From: Candidatus Aegiribacteria sp.
Lineage (GTDB): Bacteria; Fermentibacterota; Fermentibacteria; Fermentibacterales; JCC-6
Length of the DNA stretch: 64,000 nucleotides
Reading direction: 5' to 3'
Assembly (NCBI GenBank): GCA_021108435.1
Contig: JAIOQY010000184.1
Coordinates: forward strand, 10,211 to 74,210
Positions 59,551-64,000 of the stretch are shown here, one piece after another; within the stretch, counting starts at the first letter, position 1; every line of letters begins with the position of its first letter. The notes below the pieces were generated by a model. That model was not told the origin of the DNA. It did no database searches and worked only from the letters and a program-made list of their open reading frames with translations. The position numbers and the translations under genes were made by a program.

Positions 59551-61130
59551 TTGGAACAAGAAGACCTGAAGGAATAACGTTATTTACCGGAGCAATCATT
59601 CTTCTTCTCATTCTTTGGCTTCCTGTGAGATACACACTTCCCGGCGCAGGGGAAATACTTACTCTGTTCTGTATCTGGTTCGGGCTTTTTTACACGGTTG
59701 CACTGAAAAGTCAGCGCACTATCGGATATCCAGTAGTCCTCTATCCAGCATTTCAGGCATATATGTCATTAACCGGATATTCGATTTTTCAGGAAGCCGG
59801 TTTTATACTCGCAACTTTCCTTGGATCATTTGTCTATGCACTTGGATCTGGCGGAAACCTGTCAGACTGTTTCAATCGGAGTCTTAAATTCATGCTGATA
59901 AGCCTCCTGTCACTTAGAATTACAGCAATAATTCTTCAGCCATACCGAATACAGGCACTGGCAAACAATTATCTGGCTACTGTCGTTCTCGTGGCAGCGG
60001 TGCTGGTGGCTGTGTTGATTAATCATGTTTTACACCTGCTCACCGGATTCACAGAGTATAGAGGAATCAAGTATGCCATATCACAGTACACTAAATCGAT
60101 AATCTATCCTGCCTTGTTCGTTCTTTTTCTCGTTCCAGCTGCAATTCATTCAGCTACAGTGTCCCGAAGTGCCTGGGAATGGGGAATTGTTACCGGTGTC
60201 ACCGCTATACTCATCATTCAGACCGGTCTGTCCGTCCTGATTGACAGAGCAAGGTTTTCCTTCTCCAGAACAAGGTTTCTGGAGGATGAACTCGGTAAGC
60301 ATTCTGATATTCTGGCAAACCTCAAAACCCCAATTGAAGCTCTTCGTACTCTTGCGCGGTTCTGGTTTCGTGCCGCGGAGCCGGAGGCGGTAAGAGTGAG
60401 CTGGAATAACATAAGCCTGACCTATCCTCCGGGTATGACACTTCCCGACGACCACGCTCCGTTATCCCGAAGGGGCACAGGAGGACTCCTTCTTGAGATA
60501 TGGCCCGCATTGAATACAGCTCTCGACGCAGAGAGACTGGAAATATTCGTCTCACAGACAGAAATAGTCCTTCTAAATCTTGAACTGAGAAAAAACGTTC
60601 TGAAGAGTGGATGGAAATGTCTGGAGGCTATGGTCTATTCCCTTGATATGTCTGACAGCAAGCAAACTGGTTACAGCAAACAGGTTGCAACAGTAGCGCG
60701 AAATATCGGTCGGGAGATGGGGATGGATGAGAATTCGCTTGAAGATCTGGAAATGTCCGCAATGCTTCATCTCACAGCTGCTATTTTAAAGAAGGCTGAA
60801 GAGGATTCTCAGGAAACATTCTCTTCGGATCCCTTAAAAGTACAGTTTCAGCTTCCACCGGATATAGTCAGGGGAATCAGACATATAACTGAAAATTTTG
60901 ATGGTTCAGGTAAACCTGAAAGACTAAAAGGCAGATCAATACCTCTTATTTCGAGAATTTTATCTATTTCGAGTGATTTTTCCGCAAATTTGTCAGGTCA
61001 ATCGATAGAGAACTCCATTCTGGAACTTAAGAGAAGATCAGGATCAATCTATGATCCGGAAATCGTTTCAATTCTGGAAGGGATAACCATCCGGAAGAAC
61101 CAATCGGTATTTTCAGATATCAGAGGTTGA
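59547..61130 (+). CDS. polytopic membrane protein with degenerate HD-GYP domain
   Basis: ATGA overlap with the upstream gene and the same architecture, but metal/catalytic residues are replaced: YSKQV for H..RV, LHLTAA for LHDIGK (60768-60773), ITENFDGSGKPERL for HHE..DGSGYP (GKP at 60909-60917). Confidence 0.75.
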   Translation: MIGTRRPEGITLFTGAIILLLILWLPVRYTLPGAGEILTLFCIWFGLFYTVALKSQRTIGYPVVLYPAFQAYMSLTGYSIFQEAGFILATFLGSFVYALGSGGNLSDCFNRSLKFMLISLLSLRITAIILQPYRIQALANNYLATVVLVAAVLVAVLINHVLHLLTGFTEYRGIKYAISQYTKSIIYPALFVLFLVPAAIHSATVSRSAWEWGIVTGVTAILIIQTGLSVLIDRARFSFSRTRFLEDELGKHSDILANLKTPIEALRTLARFWFRAAEPEAVRVSWNNISLTYPPGMTLPDDHAPLSRRGTGGLLLEIWPALNTALDAERLEIFVSQTEIVLLNLELRKNVLKSGWKCLEAMVYSLDMSDSKQTGYSKQVATVARNIGREMGMDENSLEDLEMSAMLHLTAAILKKAEEDSQETFSSDPLKVQFQLPPDIVRGIRHITENFDGSGKPERLKGRSIPLISRILSISSDFSANLSGQSIENSILELKRRSGSIYDPEIVSILEGITIRKNQSVFSDIRG

Positions 61131-61277
61131 TCCGTTACTCGATATGCGGCTCCATCGGAATGAGCAGTCTGAACCAGGCGCGATCTTCTCAATCGCATTG
61201 ACATTTCCCCATCTGTTTATCCATCCGTAGTTATCCCACGAATATCGCACTTCCAAATCAGCTATCTCAAAAGGAAA

Positions 61278-61697
61278 TTACTCCGGGGTCCAGCCTCTAA
61301 TCCAGCTGGGTACTCCGTCCCAGATGTATCCGTGTTCAGGGAAAACATAGAAACAGACAGAATAATAATAAGAATATGTAACACCCCACCATGTATATAC
61401 GATTCCATATACATAGTACTGTCCACTGGATCCGGATCCAGATTCGCTTGCTGAGGGACACCGCATATCAGACGCGTTAGACATTACGGAGTCCAGCTCA
61501 CTGATACGTCTTGGGTATACATTCCTTTCCGCAAAGTATATGTTCATTCCAGATGCCAGGTTTCGCATATTTGATCTGCATGAAGATTTCTGTGAATCGG
61601 TCTTAATATCTCCAAATTTGGGAATCGCTATTGCGGAAATAATTCCTACAATCACGACCACAATCATAAGTTCTATCAGAGTGAATCCACGTTTCAT
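61278..61697 (-). CDS. pilA: type IV pilin (major pilin candidate)
   Basis: MKRG/FTLIELMIVVVIVGIISAIAIPKF is a canonical class III signal peptide with Glu+5. 139 aa. AGGAGG SD. Confidence 0.9.
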   Translation of the reverse strand: MKRGFTLIELMIVVVIVGIISAIAIPKFGDIKTDSQKSSCRSNMRNLASGMNIYFAERNVYPRRISELDSVMSNASDMRCPSASESGSGSSGQYYVYGIVYTWWGVTYSYYYSVCFYVFPEHGYIWDGVPSWIRGWTPE

Positions 61698-61723
61698 GAT
61701 CGAATACCTCCTGCATTAAGGAA

Positions 61724-61739
61724 AGCATATTTCTAACCA
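61724..61739 (-). promoter_or_regulatory. candidate sigma54 (-24/-12) promoter of pilA
   Basis: The minus strand reads TGGTTAGAAATATGCT with GG-N10-GC spacing. The GC lies 28 nt upstream of the ATG, leaving room for a ~15-nt leader containing AGGAGG. Closely resembles the motif at 53637-53652. Confidence 0.45.
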
Positions 61740-61841
61740 ATACTGTTTATTTATAATAAACTTCAGAAGAATGCGCTATCTTCAGGTCGCCCCGTATAAT
61801 AATCTGCAAAATGCAAGATAATGCTGACGGATATTACCGGA

Positions 61842-61877
61842 TCACCGACCGGGATTTGAACTCATACCGGCCGGTGA
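61842..61877 (-). terminator. stable hairpin downstream of the TPR gene (possible terminator/insulator before pilA)
   Basis: The minus strand has TCACCGGCCGG, a 14-nt loop, then CCGGTCGGTGA (11 bp including one G-U). No U-tract follows. Confidence 0.3.
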
Positions 61878-61917
61878 CTATTATCGAAAGCAGACAGAAA
61901 GTGCTTTCTGAATCCTG

Positions 61918-63483
61918 CTACTGACTGTATCTTTCAACCCTGTCGATCTTCTCCTCACAAAGAGATATCGAATTATAGGCTGCCTGAACCATATTCTGAG
62001 CGCTGTTATATCTGTAACCGGTAACCTGCGAGAGATTGGAAATAGCAGTATTAAGATCACTGATAGCTGATTGCCACGTTGATATGTTCTCTGGAATCAG
62101 TTCAGATACTCTTGCTTTGTTCGATCCGCTCTGATAATAGAATGCACCCATCATGTAGTTTGCGAGGGGATCGTTAGGATAAGCATTACTAAGGCGGGAA
62201 AATACACTTTGCATTGCTCCCCTCTGTCCGCTGTCACGGTAGATTGACGCAAGGAGGATATAAGCCTCTCGACTGCCGGTACTTGAAATAAGAGATTCCA
62301 GTCTGTTTACCGCACTGGATGTTTTGCCTGCCCATGCCTCAACTTGAGCAGTGTATAGGATCATCTGCGAATTACCGGAATCAGATTCAAGGAGAATCAC
62401 TGCGTGATCTGCAGCATTTCCATATTGCCCAGTGTTAATATACGATTGGATAAGGCGCTGCCTTAGAGCAAGCATATTGGAATTAACAGCAAGAATCTCC
62501 TCCATATACGGAATTGCTTTCGAGTATTCCCCAAGCTGGAAATACAGAAGACTCAGAGGAAATTTAATAGTAAGATTGGTCGGATTCTGTGCAAGAGCCT
62601 CTTCAAAACTGCAAACCGCCTGATCAAGCTCACCCAGAGCCTGGTATGCAGAGGCAAGTCCGAGATAAGCATCAGCGTTTTCAGGATCGATATCGACTGC
62701 ACTCTCGAAATATATCTTTGCTGTTTCTGCATCATTCTGAGTAAGGTAAACGCTGCCCAGTCCAGCAAGAGCATTGGTATTATTCTCGTCTACCGTAAGG
62801 ATTGTTTCATATATCTGCATAGCCATGTTAACCGAATCAACATCAGGCTCAAGATAGATCCCGGCGAGCTGTAAATTCGCATCAAGTAATGTCGGATCAA
62901 CCGAAAGCGCCTGTTTGAGAAACATGATCGCCATGGACCAGTTTTTCATCTGTATGCTGAATGCAGCCTGATCGAGTGCCTGTTGAATTCTGCCGCCGAT
63001 AAGCTCGGAAAGAACACTGACCATCTCTCCAGCCAATTGCTTGACAGGTTCGGTGTTCTTAGCGACTACAACCGGATCCGCATTCACAGTATTCCCTGAT
63101 GCAGGGATGCAGACATTCCATAAAACCATGAGTTCTTCATTTGACGGAGAAACATTTCCATAAAGGATCATATCTGCACCAAGAGCAATACCTGCGTTCG
63201 CAACGAATGAAGGCGGCACGCCATACTCGAAATCTGATGGATTGAATCCCAGGTCTTCAAAAGCATCTTCCAGATCACCCTTTGAAATGAAAGAGTATTC
63301 CTCACTGTCCTCAAAATTATTTTTCAGTTCATTAAACAATTTTTCACTGACCCATCGTGCATCTGAACCGGAATATCCAAATGGTACTATTCCAACCCTC
63401 GTGGATTCTCCATCTTCCGATGCAACAGCAGTACCGCAAGCCAGCAGTGCAAGGCATGCTATTATAAATGAATATCTCATCAT
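61918..63483 (-). CDS. TPR-repeat lipoprotein with N-terminal LpoB/TolB_N-like domain
   Basis: MMRYSFIIACLALLACG lipobox. TRVGIVPFGYSGSD... module. At least 6 TPR-like repeats (A..YL.LA.IY...G....A...FE.AL..DP). GGAGG lies 5 nt upstream of the ATG at 63483. Confidence 0.75.
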   Translation of the reverse strand: MMRYSFIIACLALLACGTAVASEDGESTRVGIVPFGYSGSDARWVSEKLFNELKNNFEDSEEYSFISKGDLEDAFEDLGFNPSDFEYGVPPSFVANAGIALGADMILYGNVSPSNEELMVLWNVCIPASGNTVNADPVVVAKNTEPVKQLAGEMVSVLSELIGGRIQQALDQAAFSIQMKNWSMAIMFLKQALSVDPTLLDANLQLAGIYLEPDVDSVNMAMQIYETILTVDENNTNALAGLGSVYLTQNDAETAKIYFESAVDIDPENADAYLGLASAYQALGELDQAVCSFEEALAQNPTNLTIKFPLSLLYFQLGEYSKAIPYMEEILAVNSNMLALRQRLIQSYINTGQYGNAADHAVILLESDSGNSQMILYTAQVEAWAGKTSSAVNRLESLISSTGSREAYILLASIYRDSGQRGAMQSVFSRLSNAYPNDPLANYMMGAFYYQSGSNKARVSELIPENISTWQSAISDLNTAISNLSQVTGYRYNSAQNMVQAAYNSISLCEEKIDRVERYSQ

Positions 63484-63582
63484 TCTTTCCTCCATATCGG
63501 GAATACTACAACACAATTATCATGATTACTCGTTTTATTACCAGAGCGCAAATATTGTACTAATATGATCTTCAGGCAACAG

Positions 63583-64000
63583 TCACACTCCTTTCACTTT
63601 CATCCAGGTGAGATTTCTCTTATCCGATCCATCTGCTCTGAAAGAAAAAAACAGATCCTTCCTGCAGACTGTACATTCGGGAATATCGAAAACCGTACAT
63701 TCCTCTGAAAGACCGGCAGCAGCCATCTGATCAAGAGCAGCCCTCTTCAGATCAAGCCTGCCGGGGGGATGCGGATACTCCGGAAGATCGCGGAGTGCTT
63801 TTTCTCTGACATCCGGTCCAACCTGATAGCAGTCTCCGCAAATGCAGTTTCCAAGTACAATAAAATCCGGCTCAGTCGGGAATTCCTTTATCATCCTGTA
63901 TGAGATGCCTGAAGCAAGTCCCCTCCAGCCAGCGTGAAATGCAGCTGTATAATCATAGGATGAAATGAACACAGGCAGGCAATCTGCCGTTCGAATTCCC
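63583..64000 (-). CDS. pgeF: YfiH/PgeF-family (DUF152) peptidoglycan editing factor / laccase-domain protein, N-terminus outside window
   Basis: The frame stays open to the window edge: ...GIRTADCLPVFISSYDYTAAFHAGWRGLASGI... (ADC.PV and HAGWRG motifs), with CGDCYQVG later. Confidence 0.85.
   Translation of the reverse strand, partial: GIRTADCLPVFISSYDYTAAFHAGWRGLASGISYRMIKEFPTEPDFIVLGNCICGDCYQVGPDVREKALRDLPEYPHPPGRLDLKRAALDQMAAAGLSEECTVFDIPECTVCRKDLFFSFRADGSDKRNLTWMKVKGV

Noticed and set aside
61842-61877. GGGATTTGAAC resembles the reverse complement of a tRNA T-arm
   Set aside because: Flanking bases cannot form T-stem, acceptor or anticodon stems, so there is no cloverleaf. Interpreted as a simple hairpin.

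Overview
64-kb window from a diderm bacterium, probably an uncultured member of the FCB superphylum. Supporting this: a fused LpxC-FabZ gene, an SprA-like type IX secretion (T9SS) translocon, and a cargo protein with a T9SS C-terminal sorting domain. All gene calls come from reading the translations and recalling family motifs; no database search was run. About 90% of the window is coding, with about 46 protein genes. I found no rRNA, tRNA or CRISPR array.

The backbone is core envelope and housekeeping:
- lptF/G-like pair and serC
- ligA and a GH57 glucan enzyme
- bamA-skp-lpxD-lpxC/fabZ-lpxA block
- clpC, lolD/lolCE, and prfB-lysS with the classic +1 frameshift in prfB
- an archaeal-type SHMT

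Regions worth a second look:
1. A small accessory patch at 11.4-15.3 kb. Two 231-bp near-identical direct repeats bracket a T9SS-secreted BNR/Ycf48-like propeller gene. The repeats are relic 3' ends of an IS200-like/RAYT-type Y1 transposase gene.
2. An intact paralog of that transposase at 45.2-46.0 kb, wedged between two convergent genes and bounded by a perfect 30-bp inverted repeat.
3. A six-gene type IV pilus-like minor-pilin/adhesin operon at 46.0-53.6 kb. It includes a 785-aa giant pseudopilin, two paralogous PilX-like proteins and a membrane-anchored FG-GAP protein.
4. A related GG-N10-GC (sigma54-type) motif upstream of both that operon and a separate major pilin gene at 61.3-61.7 kb.
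5. An operon of a CAP-domain protein, an active HD-GYP and a degenerate HD-GYP, lying next to the pilin gene.
6. An EIIA(Ntr)/PII-like fusion 3 nt downstream of (2-nt gap) a CPA2 antiporter gene.

Nothing resembling a defence system was seen. The strongest candidates for novelty are the pilus-like adhesin operon with its shared promoter motif, and the RAYT-relic-bracketed cassette.
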